Of a stretch of DNA of 60,321 nucleotides, positions 1 through 9,956 are shown piece by piece. The notes under the pieces are model-generated. The model was not told the DNA's origin and searched no databases. It saw only the letters and a list, made by a program, of their open reading frames with translations. How positions within the stretch are numbered: position 1 is the first letter of the stretch; the number at the start of each line of letters is the position of its first letter. The DNA is from Pyrinomonadales bacterium. GTDB taxonomy: Bacteria; Acidobacteriota; Blastocatellia; Pyrinomonadales; Pyrinomonadaceae. Both the position numbers and the translations under genes were made by a program. The DNA lies in NCBI GenBank assembly GCA_038256005.1, contig JBBSKW010000001.1, positions 1-60,321 of the forward strand. The letters run 5' to 3'.

Positions 1-1054
1 AGACTACGGAATTCGCGGCCGAGCCTCGGCCCTGTGAGAGTATTCCTTCGTTCGTGCAAAAATCTGAGATATCGCTGACGACCAGAAAATATCCCGCCAG
101 CTTTTTCATCTCGATTATTCTGAGTTCTTTATCGAGCCGAGCCTGTATCTGAAGCCGCGTCGCTTTGCTGCTTTTTCGATATCTTTCGATCGCCCGCTGC
201 TCGACCTTCTTTCGCAAAAGCGAATCCATCGTCTCGCCTGTCAGTAAAGGATAATCCGGGAAATTGTATGAAAGCTCGTCCAACGAAAACTTGATGCGTG
301 ACGCGATCTCGGATGTTATATTGACGGCGCCCGGCTGATCCTCGAAAAGAGCCGCCATTTGATCGTTTGTTTTTAGATAACGCTCGCCGTTCTCTGAAAG
401 CAGCTTGCCGGCATCATAGATCGTGCAGTGGTTCTTTATGCAGGTGAAAACATCGAAGAGCTGTCGATCACTTTTATCAGCGTAATACGGGCCGTTGCTG
501 GCAAAGAAAGGCACCTTTAGTTTATGGGCCAGGCCAAGCAAAGATTGATTTATCGATTCTTCACTTCGGAGATGGTGCCGCTGAAGTTCGACGTAAAGCC
601 GGTCTTCGAAAACGTATTTGAGCCAAGCCAGATCCGCCTGGCCGCGGCCCGTTTTGATGCTGTTATGCATAAATCCATCGGCACCGCCGGTGTAGCACAA
701 CAGGTTTTCGGAATGCTGTTCGACATCTTTCCGCGTCGCAAAATGCTCGCCTTTCTTGTTGCGAAGCTTGACCGTTGTGATCAGCCGGCTTAGGTTTTGA
801 TAGCCTTTTAGATCGATAGGAACCAGCGGCAAAAGGCTGCCGTCTTCAAGCGTGATCTCAGAACCAATGATGGGCCTAATTCCTTTTTCTTTTGCTTCGA
901 AATGAAACCGGACTGCACCCGAAACGGTATCGCGATCGAGTAAAGCGACCGTGTGCAGACCTAATGCAGCGGCGCGGTCTATTAGGCCTTCCGGTTGTGA
1001 ACCGGAAGAAAGAAAGCTGAACGCCGAACGCGTATGTAGTTCGCAAAAGGACAT
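1..1054 (-). CDS. dnaE2: Error-prone DNA polymerase III alpha subunit DnaE2. This is the N-terminal part; the 3' end runs off the window edge.
   Basis: My own minus-strand translation from ATG 1054..1052 gives MSFCELHTRSAFSFLSSGSQPEGLIDRAAALGLHTVALLDRDTVSGAVRFHF. This is a typical PHP-domain N-terminus of DnaE-type polymerases. The frame stays open to position 1. It starts 2 nt after the imuB stop, which is the classic imuA-imuB-dnaE2 order. It is absent from the ORF track because no stop lies inside the window. Confidence 0.8.
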   Translation of the reverse strand, partial: MSFCELHTRSAFSFLSSGSQPEGLIDRAAALGLHTVALLDRDTVSGAVRFHFEAKEKGIRPIIGSEITLEDGSLLPLVPIDLKGYQNLSRLITTVKLRNKKGEHFATRKDVEQHSENLLCYTGGADGFMHNSIKTGRGQADLAWLKYVFEDRLYVELQRHHLRSEESINQSLLGLAHKLKVPFFASNGPYYADKSDRQLFDVFTCIKNHCTIYDAGKLLSENGERYLKTNDQMAALFEDQPGAVNITSEIASRIKFSLDELSYNFPDYPLLTGETMDSLLRKKVEQRAIERYRKSSKATRLQIQARLDKELRIIEMKKLAGYFLVVSDISDFCTNEGILSQGRGSAANSVV

Positions 1055-1056
1055 TG

Positions 1057-2319
1057 CTAATCGTATTCACCGATGAGAAACCATTCGTGCCCGACCTTGC
1101 AAAGACGGTAAACGCCTTGGGCTTCGACCTCGACATCCCATTCCTGTGTCTTCCAGGAGTTTTCCCACCATTTCGAATTTGCACGCCAGACGCCGCTGTA
1201 TTCGATAACGTGTCCGCTGAAATATTTCGTTCGTAAAAAGACCAAGCGGCCTTCGCGAACAAGTACTTCAGCTCGGATCGGCGGCCGAAAATAACTAAAA
1301 GCTATGATCGGTTTCGCCGGCCCACTCTCAATGCTTTCACGGCCCGCCGGCATTGCTTCTGCATCCAAAGTGAATGCCTCTGCTGCTCGTTGATCAATGA
1401 TCACCGGCACTCCGACATTCTCTTCCCCGACCAGCTTTTTCAATTTGTTTACCGTTAAGAGCAGGCTCTGCGGTTCGGGTCGTGAGACGGCATACAAGCC
1501 CGTTTGCGACGGCCGCGGCTTGGTGAAATGCGCAATAACATTTACCGCTTTGATCCCCGCTTCCGGCGGATCCAGCGAAACCCGAAGGTTTATAAGCTTT
1601 AGCCAGAACGATCGCTCAAGCGTTGGGAAAGAGGTTTTTATCTGGTACTTTCGTTTGGTTCTATTCGATAGCTCGAACAAAAGATCCAGTTGTTCGGTGC
1701 TCAAGCCAATATGCGCGATCCGGACAAAAAGATCGTCGAGTCCGTGGTTGAGCAGAAATATCAACTGCTCGAAATCTTCCACCGGCGAATCGAGAAGATA
1801 GCTCCATGACGACTCACTTTCCTTAAGGTTTGGCGTAAGCACCGCTGAGCTTTTTTGCTCGGCGATATCGATAATTTCTTCGAATTCGCGGCCGTATCGC
1901 CCGATCAATTCTTCGCGCGGTATCTCGATCAGATCTTCGACCCGCCGCAGCCCAAGATCAGTGAAAACATTAAGCGTGTCCCGTTCTATCGGCAGATCGC
2001 TGAGCGGCAGCTTTTGAAATGTATCGGGCGAATGAACAACGTTGCTTACACCATCATTCTGGCGGGCAAGCAACGTAGCGGTTTCGATCGTTTCCGCAAC
2101 GGCGACGCTACCCGGCACGTTATGCTTTTGTAATTCCTCAAGTATCTTGCGGGCTATCAACGACCGCTTGCCGATCAGACGCTCGAGTCCGCTTACGTCG
2201 AACAAAATGCCGTCATCAAGCACTTCTATCGAATAAGCAAACTGATGCGCGACAGAGACCAAGGCCTCTTTGTCCTCTTTTGCATTCGGCGAAACTATAC
2301 AGGCATATGATCTAGACAT
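1057..2319 (-). CDS. imuB: ImuB, the Y-family DNA polymerase-like protein of the mutagenesis cassette
   Basis: Track ORF 1057..2463. I prefer the internal ATG at 2319 (MSRSYACIVSPNAKEDKEALVSVAHQF...), which overlaps the imuA stop by 8 nt. It is about 420 aa with an N-terminus like DinB/ImuB family proteins, and it lies between imuA and dnaE2. Confidence 0.75.
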   Translation of the reverse strand: MSRSYACIVSPNAKEDKEALVSVAHQFAYSIEVLDDGILFDVSGLERLIGKRSLIARKILEELQKHNVPGSVAVAETIETATLLARQNDGVSNVVHSPDTFQKLPLSDLPIERDTLNVFTDLGLRRVEDLIEIPREELIGRYGREFEEIIDIAEQKSSAVLTPNLKESESSWSYLLDSPVEDFEQLIFLLNHGLDDLFVRIAHIGLSTEQLDLLFELSNRTKRKYQIKTSFPTLERSFWLKLINLRVSLDPPEAGIKAVNVIAHFTKPRPSQTGLYAVSRPEPQSLLLTVNKLKKLVGEENVGVPVIIDQRAAEAFTLDAEAMPAGRESIESGPAKPIIAFSYFRPPIRAEVLVREGRLVFLRTKYFSGHVIEYSGVWRANSKWWENSWKTQEWDVEVEAQGVYRLCKVGHEWFLIGEYD

Positions 2320-2962
2320 TGCGGTAATCCGCCTCGATCCGAGCCGGGATCGGGCGGCCGTAAAACTGTTTTCGTGAATGCATTGCGATATGAAATTCGC
2401 GGAGCAATTTGAATCGTCCGCTGCCGGACCATTCCGTCCGCTCACGTGAAAAAACGAATGCACTCTGCGATGCCGAACCGGTAACGGGCTCGTCGGCGGT
2501 TGCTATGACAAGCGTCGGCGTGTCTTTTACTCGGGTTCGGTAGCGGTACCAATACGTCTTTGGAACTAACTGGAGTTTGCTCGCGGGCAGTCCGTTCAAA
2601 TTGAGCCATATCGCCCCAAACCCTTTAGCCTGAACAAGATGGTCCGCCGCAGTGAACGCCTTTTCGATATCGCCAGCACACTTAACCCATAAAAGATTTT
2701 CGAGCTTTACGCCCGCAAGTACGGCCGAAGGCGGATCGAATCCTCCGGCTGAATCAACCACCGCACATATTTCGCCTGCCGTCGTAAGCTTTGCGATAAT
2801 GGAAAGCGTTAGGCTAGCTTTCCCTGAACTTGGCCCACCCGATATTTCGGCAACAGAGCCGCGGAAAAATGCGATTCCCACTGATTCGAGAAGGATTTCC
2901 TCGGTATGCCGCTGCTCTTCTTTTAATTGGGACGCCGGTTTTACCAGACTTAAATTCCGCAT
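2312..2962 (-). CDS. imuA: ImuA-like RecA-fold (SulA/RecA-like) cell-division inhibitor/mutagenesis protein
   Basis: 216 aa with a P-loop-like motif (ISGGPSSGKASLTLS). It is the first gene of the imuA-imuB-dnaE2 arrangement. Confidence 0.65.
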   Translation of the reverse strand: MRNLSLVKPASQLKEEQRHTEEILLESVGIAFFRGSVAEISGGPSSGKASLTLSIIAKLTTAGEICAVVDSAGGFDPPSAVLAGVKLENLLWVKCAGDIEKAFTAADHLVQAKGFGAIWLNLNGLPASKLQLVPKTYWYRYRTRVKDTPTLVIATADEPVTGSASQSAFVFSRERTEWSGSGRFKLLREFHIAMHSRKQFYGRPIPARIEADYRNV

Positions 2963-3091
2963 ATCGATTCTGCCTTAATGTGCTATATTTAAGAATATAT
3001 TGCACAGATGCAACACTTGTCAAAGAATTATTGATGGTTAACCGGATCACTGACCGTCAAAAGCCGGCGTGATACAATCACCGCTAAGAAC

Positions 3092-4486
3092 ATGCAGGAA
3101 AACCCTTTGCTACAAGCATTATTCGAGAATGAACGCGGTCCTGTGACCGTGTCGGAACTGAATTCCGACATCAAATCGGTGATCGAACGAAGCTTCGCAA
3201 GCGTTTGGGTCGAGGGCGAGATCACGAATTTTCATTCGGCAGCCTCAGGGCATTGGTATTTTTCATTGACCGAAGGCGGGTCATTTCTCAAAGCCGCATG
3301 TTTCAAAGGCCAGAATTTTCGGATCCGTTTCAAACCGACCGACGGCCTACAAGTAAGGGTTCGCGGGCGAATAACGACGTACGAAGCTCGTGGCGAATAT
3401 CAGATCATCGTAGAATCGCTCGAACCGGTCGGTGAAGGTGCACTTGCCGTTGCATTCGAGCAGATCAAAGCAAGATTGCAGAAAGAAGGGCTTTTTGATG
3501 AATCTATCAAACGCCCGATTCCACCATTTCCCCGCCGAGTTGGGGTTGTCACATCGCCAACCGGTGCTGCACTACAAGATATTTTGACCGTACTCGAACG
3601 CCGTGCAAGATCGGTCAGCATCGTGATCGTTCCAACGCTGGTCCAGGGTGAGCGAGCCGGTGAACAAATAACCAACGGAATTCGAATGGCTAACGAATTC
3701 AACGCAACCGCTTCGGACGCGGAGAAGATCGATGTGCTGATAGTCGGTCGCGGCGGTGGTTCGGCTGAAGATCTTTGGGCATTCAATGAAGAGCTGGTCG
3801 CACGGGCAATTCGCGAATCGAACATTCCGGTGATATCGGCGGTCGGCCACGAAATAGATTTCACGATCGCCGATTTCGTCGCCGATCTGCGGGCCCCGAC
3901 TCCATCCGCTGCCGCCGAGATCGTTGCAAGAGCAGAAGCAGATATAGTTGAACATCTACGCCGCTCGACCGCCGAGCTGATACGTTCGATGAATATGCGA
4001 CTATTAACCGCGCATGGAGAAGTACGATCGCTTGCAATGGCAACGGTCTTTGCAGAATTTCCGGCAAGGCTTCGCGAGAAACGGCATCAAATCGAACGAT
4101 CGATATCTGACACGACACAGATCATTGGTCGGACTTTACAAGATCGATCAAAAGAACTTCGCGACGTTTCGCTTCGACTGTCGCCCGTAGGTTTGGCAAG
4201 AAAAGTCGGTGAGAACAAACGTACTTTGGGCATTCTGGACCAACGCACTAGAGCAACCGGAACTGCTTTGATCAGAAAGCGGCAAGTGCATATCGAAACG
4301 GCAATGGCACAACTAGATGCAATGTCGCCATTGCGCGTTTTGGATCGCGGCTATTCGATAACCCAGACCATAGATGAGACGATCGTTCGCGATGCGGAGC
4401 CGCTGGCTCCGGGCGACAAACTTACAATTCGCCTAGCTCGCGGACGAGTCGATGCTTCGGTCACAGATGTTTTTCCGGCGGAATAG
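3092..4486 (+). CDS. xseA: Exodeoxyribonuclease VII large subunit
   Basis: 464 aa. The N-terminal OB-fold region (VSELNSDIKSVIERSFASVWVEGEITNFHSAASGHWYFSL) and the central catalytic region (GVVTSPTGAALQDIL, RGGGSAEDLWAFN) are characteristic XseA motifs. Confidence 0.9.
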   Translation: MQENPLLQALFENERGPVTVSELNSDIKSVIERSFASVWVEGEITNFHSAASGHWYFSLTEGGSFLKAACFKGQNFRIRFKPTDGLQVRVRGRITTYEARGEYQIIVESLEPVGEGALAVAFEQIKARLQKEGLFDESIKRPIPPFPRRVGVVTSPTGAALQDILTVLERRARSVSIVIVPTLVQGERAGEQITNGIRMANEFNATASDAEKIDVLIVGRGGGSAEDLWAFNEELVARAIRESNIPVISAVGHEIDFTIADFVADLRAPTPSAAAEIVARAEADIVEHLRRSTAELIRSMNMRLLTAHGEVRSLAMATVFAEFPARLREKRHQIERSISDTTQIIGRTLQDRSKELRDVSLRLSPVGLARKVGENKRTLGILDQRTRATGTALIRKRQVHIETAMAQLDAMSPLRVLDRGYSITQTIDETIVRDAEPLAPGDKLTIRLARGRVDASVTDVFPAE

Positions 4487-4501
4487 AGAGGTTCAACGTA
4501 A

Positions 4502-5170
4502 TTGAAGAAAGCATTTTTGATCACCGCCACCGTGTTGGCATCGTTGGTATTGATCGCTTCGATCTCGGCATATTTTTATTGGCGGAGCTTTGAAGACACA
4601 CCGCAATATTCGCTCGCATTGCTGATCGACAGTTCGCGACGAGGCGACGACCAGGCATTTGCTCAATTCGTCGATACCGACACGGTAGTCGAGAATTTTC
4701 TTCCGCAGATCACATCGAAAGCCGCCGCGATGTACGGTCGCGGAATGCCGCCCGCAGTGCTCGACCAACTTCTCAAGATCGCATCACCGATCTTGCCGAT
4801 CGCGAAAGAACGGGCACGGACCGAGCTTCCAAGGCTGTTGAGAAATGAAACTCAGCGGTTTTCCGAAGTACCTTTTGCGGCGATGGTCTTGGGAGCGGAT
4901 AAATATTTGGACATCAAAACTGATGGCGAACTCGCTACAGTAACTTCGCGGCTACCCGAACACAAATTTGAAGTGCAGATGAAAAAGAACGGAGAACGGT
5001 GGAAGATCGTCAGTGTTCGCGACGAAGCACTTGCGACGCGGATCGCACAGTCAGTAGGCCAACAATTGATCGGAGCCGCGAGAAATACCGACCCTAAGAA
5101 CGCCGGAAAGAGTTTGGGAGTTAAAGACCTGAAATCATTAATAAAACAGGCTGAGATCTTTTTTGAATAG
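4502..5170 (+). CDS. Hypothetical membrane-anchored protein, possibly DUF2939-like
   Basis: 222 aa with a TTG start preceded by GAGAGG. It has a single N-terminal TM helix (FLITATVLASLVLIASISAYFYW) followed by a soluble domain. It sits between xseA and xseB. Confidence 0.5.
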   Translation: MKKAFLITATVLASLVLIASISAYFYWRSFEDTPQYSLALLIDSSRRGDDQAFAQFVDTDTVVENFLPQITSKAAAMYGRGMPPAVLDQLLKIASPILPIAKERARTELPRLLRNETQRFSEVPFAAMVLGADKYLDIKTDGELATVTSRLPEHKFEVQMKKNGERWKIVSVRDEALATRIAQSVGQQLIGAARNTDPKNAGKSLGVKDLKSLIKQAEIFFE

Positions 5171-5172
5171 TT

Positions 5173-5397
5173 ATGGCAAAGACGTTTGAAGAATCACTCG
5201 ACGAACTCGAGCAGATCGTCGGAAAACTTGAGGAAGGCGATATGGCCCTTGAAGAAAGCCTCGCTCTATTTGAACGCGGCGTAAAGCTATCGAGAGATTG
5301 CCGCGATAGATTAACAAAGGCCGAGCGCCGGATCGAAGTCTTGATGAAAGATTCGAGCGGCGAGATCGGCCTTGAAGAAATCGAACTGCCTGACTAA
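5173..5397 (+). CDS. xseB: Exodeoxyribonuclease VII small subunit
   Basis: 74 aa. MAKTFEESLDELEQIVGKLEEGDMALEESLALFERGVKLSRDCRDRL is a textbook XseB sequence. Confidence 0.9.
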   Translation: MAKTFEESLDELEQIVGKLEEGDMALEESLALFERGVKLSRDCRDRLTKAERRIEVLMKDSSGEIGLEEIELPD

Positions 5398-5410
5398 ATT
5401 CTGCGTTCGC

Positions 5411-5977
5411 TTACGGCTGTTCCTGCGTTGCCTTTGCGGCTTTTCGCTGTTGGATCAGATCGCACGATTGATAAGCTCCCGAAGGATCGACCGCTGTGTT
5501 GCCTACCTCAACATGCTGCAGTTTTCCTTCCGTATCGACAACGAACGTTGCTCGGCGTCCGTATCCGGACTCTTCGTTGTAAAGCCCGAATGCTTTTGAG
5601 ACCTCTCGTTTCCAGTCGCTGAGCAGTGGAAACGTGACTCCAAGCTGCTTTGCGAACTCTTTGTTGGAAGCGAAGCTATCCATTGAAATTCCAATTACCT
5701 GTGTTTCTTTTGCGTCGAATTTTGCGATATCAGCCTGATACGCTTTTAGTTCGGCCGCTCAGCCACCGGTGAAGGCGAGCACATAGAAGGCAAGGACGAC
5801 GTTCTTCTTGCCGCGAAAATCACTGATTTTTACCTTATTTCCGGCAGTATCATTCAGCTCAAAATCCGGTGCGGCATCGCCTACTTTTAGGGCTGTGTAA
5901 GGCGCAGGCTTTGACTGGGCGATAACGCCTAATGAGCTCACGCAAACGAATAAAAAGGTTAATACGAGACGTTTCAA
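5411..5977 (-). CDS. Secreted AhpC/TSA (BCP-like) peroxiredoxin with an in-frame TGA at the peroxidatic Cys position. It is either a candidate selenocysteine protein or a pseudogene.
   Basis: Track ORFs 5759..5977 and 5411..5683 share one frame. They are joined by a single TGA (5759..5761) plus 25 sense codons (AAELKAYQADIAKFDAKETQVIGIS). The joined product has a signal peptide and then VVLAFYVLAFTGG-[TGA]-AAELKAY. This matches the FYPxxxTxxC-xxE active-site block of AhpC/TSA/BCP proteins, with the TGA exactly at the Cys position. Confidence 0.6.
5724..5743 (-). other. Candidate bacterial SECIS-like hairpin downstream of the in-frame UGA
   Basis: The mRNA reads UGA-GCGGCCGAACUAAAA-GCGUAUC-AGGCU-GAUA(U)CGC. 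The stem begins 15 nt after the UGA and has 7 bp with a bulged U. The apical loop contains GG about 22 nt from the UGA. This geometry resembles SelB-binding SECIS elements. Confidence 0.4.
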
Positions 5978-5989
5978 TTCAGTTGACCT

Positions 5990-6045
5990 CAGACAAGAAA
6001 AGTTCGTGATCTAAAGGCTAAGATAGCACAATCGATCACGAACTT
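5990..6045 (-). terminator. Hairpin terminator after the BI-1 family gene
   Basis: Perfect 12-bp inverted repeat AAGTTCGTGATC (6000..6011) / GATCACGAACTT (6034..6045). On the minus strand it is followed by TTCTTGTCT. Confidence 0.45.
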
Positions 6046-6076
6046 ATATTATTCACTAACTTTTGGCAGAAAGAAC

Positions 6077-6784
6077 TTAATCTCTCGAACTGAAAATGCT
6101 CAGGATATACCAAAAGAGCAACGCGATTCCGGCGAACAACGTCAGTGAAGCTGCGACGTGTTGTTTCGGATTATACTGGTGCAAAACCTGCGACGTGTTG
6201 TAAAGGATCGCAGTTCCCGCAAACGCGACCATCACGAATGCGAATACGCTACCGAGCGAAAATCCGAAAAGTGCACTAGCGACGATAAACCCAAGAGCCG
6301 CAAAGCCGCCGATCGCTACGATCGGACCAAGCCAAGAAAAGTCTGCCTTGGTAATGAAAACGGTCGCCGTAATTCCCAAAAATAATCCGAGCGTTACGAT
6401 GCCCGCCTTCGGAATTACTGAAGCGTCTGAGTAAGTAGCCGCGATGAATATCATCGGCACAAATATAACCGCTTCAGCCAAGACGAAAATACCTAGCCCG
6501 ACGTACTGCATTGCCGTCGACGTATCCGACATCGCCCATTTGTTTGCAAGGTACGAAACACCCATAAATAGGCCGAGCACGACAAGCCAACCCATGCTGC
6601 CGCCCATAAACATGATCGAAGCGATCTGGTATGCCGCCCCTGAAACGAATAGAAACGTTTCAACGACAACAAACGCGAGAATTGCCGCGGCAAGCAACAT
6701 GTAAGTCTTGCGAATGAATTGAGCCCGTTCTGCCGGCATCGCGTCCGCTACTGAATTGCCAAATGATGTTGAGTATTCGTTCAT
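6077..6784 (-). CDS. Bax inhibitor-1/YccA family inner-membrane protein
   Basis: 235 aa. The N-terminal ERAQFIRKTYMLLAAAIL motif is followed by about 7 TM helices, typical of the BI-1/YccA family. Confidence 0.8.
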   Translation of the reverse strand: MNEYSTSFGNSVADAMPAERAQFIRKTYMLLAAAILAFVVVETFLFVSGAAYQIASIMFMGGSMGWLVVLGLFMGVSYLANKWAMSDTSTAMQYVGLGIFVLAEAVIFVPMIFIAATYSDASVIPKAGIVTLGLFLGITATVFITKADFSWLGPIVAIGGFAALGFIVASALFGFSLGSVFAFVMVAFAGTAILYNTSQVLHQYNPKQHVAASLTLFAGIALLFWYILSIFSSRD

Positions 6785-7246
6785 ATATTCCTAGCATTTA
6801 GATTCCGATCGTGCTGGATTGTTTGCATCCTTCCTGAAGAGTCCGATCTAGTACACATTTACGATCTATCTACCAATGTAACTATTGTATAACGAAAACG
6901 ACGGCTTGAAAAGAAGATTAGAAGATTGAAAAGGTTCTCAACGGTGTTCCAAAGAATACTACAAGTTTAAAGGCGGAAAAGGCACCAAATACGTCTCCCA
7001 CACCGTACAAAGCACCTTTTCCATTTCCGGATTCACCGACCGTGGAGATCGACTCATCCGAAACCTGTGTGAATGCCTACAAAGCCAATTTAACTCTAAC
7101 TCCGAGAACCTGGCAACATTCTGATTCAATTTTACTTTTCTATTAGGGGCGAAAAAACAATTGTATATTTGTAGCGGAACATGTCAAGTGTTCGGACCTA
7201 TTTTCGAAAAACTACCTGGTCGACCTCGCGGTTCAAAATGCGATAG

Positions 7247-7648
7247 TTATCTACTTCCAGCAACCTGTATGCGAGCATTCGCATGTTCGATCCGTTCACG
7301 GATGGCTTCAGTATTCTCGCTTGGTTCGGTGGCGACCGAAGCAAGCTCTTTCTCAGCTTCTTCGCGGTCAATCTTGGCAGCATTCAGATCAACATCGTCG
7401 GCGTTCTCCGCAAAGTCCGTCATTACTGAAACGAGGTTATTGCTCACCTCAACAAACCCCGTCGAAACAGCCAACTTTTCAACGTTGCCCTTTTCCGAAT
7501 ACGTTAGAATCCCCGGCTTCAATGCCGAGATCAGCGGGGCGTGGGCGGACATTATTCCAGCCTCGCCGTTTGCAGTCGGAACGGTGACCGATTCGACCTC
7601 GGCTTCAACAACTTTTCGCTCGGGAGTTACTACTTCAAGTTTCAACAT
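7247..7648 (-). CDS. atpC: F0F1 ATP synthase epsilon subunit
   Basis: MLKLEVVTPERKVVEAEVESVTVPTANGEAGIMSAHAPLISALKPGIL. I prefer the ATG at 7648 over the TTG at 7660 used by the track. It lies directly downstream of atpD. Confidence 0.9.
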   Translation of the reverse strand: MLKLEVVTPERKVVEAEVESVTVPTANGEAGIMSAHAPLISALKPGILTYSEKGNVEKLAVSTGFVEVSNNLVSVMTDFAENADDVDLNAAKIDREEAEKELASVATEPSENTEAIRERIEHANARIQVAGSR

Positions 7649-7662
7649 AAATCTAAGCAATA

Positions 7663-7734
7663 ATGTTCAAAGTTCATGGTTTAAGGTTCAAAGTTCAACC
7701 AAAAATATTAAACCGTGAACCCGAAACCTTGAAC
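7663..7734. repeat. GTTCAA-unit palindromic intergenic element in the atpD-atpC spacer
   Basis: A direct 12-nt repeat GTTCAAAGTTCA occurs at 7665..7676 and 7686..7697. It is followed by an imperfect inverted copy, GTGAACCCGAAACCTTGAAC (7715..7734). A related element lies at 22875..22948. Confidence 0.5.
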
Positions 7735-7739
7735 TGACT

Positions 7740-9293
<1,554 letters not shown>

Positions 9294-9547
9294 TTACAAA
9301 GGAATAAGAATAGCATAGGAATCGAGGGAGCCGCAAAGGCATAGCGGGATTTCTATAACCCGCGGCGGGTGAATATCACCCCTCTAGTACGTGCGAAATA
9401 CGTACGCGGCCGGAGGAATCGAATAGTGCGTGCCGATTCGATGTTAAAGCAGTTTGGGATCGCAGTGGAGAAAACGGTGTAGTTTGAGACCGTGCGCGTT
9501 GAAAAGTTCGGCCAAGAACCGATGCTCGTGCTTGAGCTCGTCTCGCA

Positions 9548-9588
9548 GGAAAAGAAATGGCCGCCTCTAATTGAACATAAAGGCGACC
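9548..9588 (-). terminator. Possible terminator after the 92-aa membrane protein gene
   Basis: The minus strand reads GGTCGCCT-13 nt-AGGCGGCC (one mismatch) followed by ATTTCTTTT. Confidence 0.35.
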
Positions 9589-9603
9589 GTTCTTGTTATT
9601 GAT

Positions 9604-9882
9604 TTATTGATGAACCCGGTCCGAACCGGATATTTTTACAAGCTTGTTATAAACGCCGAGAAGAAGAAACGGTGAAACCCATTGGCCAATGAAGCGGCTT
9701 TTTTCAGAATTGCCTGTCATTTCAAAATAAGCAGAGACACCGATCGCGCCGATCGCTGCCCAAAGAAAAATGTCCGATGGCAACTTTGCCGTTTGTTCCT
9801 CGATCGTTCGTGCGACGATCCCTTCCGAGTGCTTCTCAGCCTCGGGCGTTGTAGTAGTCTGTTGTGTTGCTGTTCCGATCAT
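9604..9882 (-). CDS. Hypothetical small membrane protein
   Basis: 92 aa. A hydrophilic N-terminus is followed by two predicted TM segments (IFLWAAIGAIGVSAYF; WVSPFLLLGVY). Confidence 0.5.
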   Translation of the reverse strand: MIGTATQQTTTTPEAEKHSEGIVARTIEEQTAKLPSDIFLWAAIGAIGVSAYFEMTGNSEKSRFIGQWVSPFLLLGVYNKLVKISGSDRVHQ

Positions 9883-9956
9883 TTAATATACGTCCCCTTG
9901 TTCGAATTGTGTTGAGGCCATATCCCCAAATTCCTGGCGAACATCGCCTTATCAAC

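Noticed and set aside
524-1262. Several short ORFs on both strands at the left edge (524..793, 550..741, 876..1262, 1054..1236)
   Set aside because: They lie inside or overlap the open dnaE2 and imuB reading frames, which have clear family signatures. The dnaE2 frame is missing from the track only because it has no stop within the window.
2984-2999. TATATT-TAAG-AATATA palindrome upstream of imuA as a LexA (SOS) box
   Set aside because: It does not match any LexA motif I know (CTGT-N8-ACAG, GAAC-N4-GTTC, GTTC-N7-GTTC, TGTTC-N4-GAACA). It could simply be overlapping -10 hexamers of the divergent promoters. I kept it only as a note under the cassette finding.
5411-5977. Simple pseudogene call for the split peroxiredoxin
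   Set aside because: I did not adopt this as the primary call. The single stop is a TGA exactly at the catalytic Cys codon, both halves are otherwise intact and in frame, and a SECIS-like hairpin follows at the right distance. It remains the main alternative until the Sec machinery is checked.
9896-9915. GTTCGAAT sequence resembling a tRNA T-loop
   Set aside because: The flanking bases cannot form a T-stem, and no acceptor or anticodon arms are apparent. I found no tRNA-like cloverleaf in any of the larger intergenic regions.
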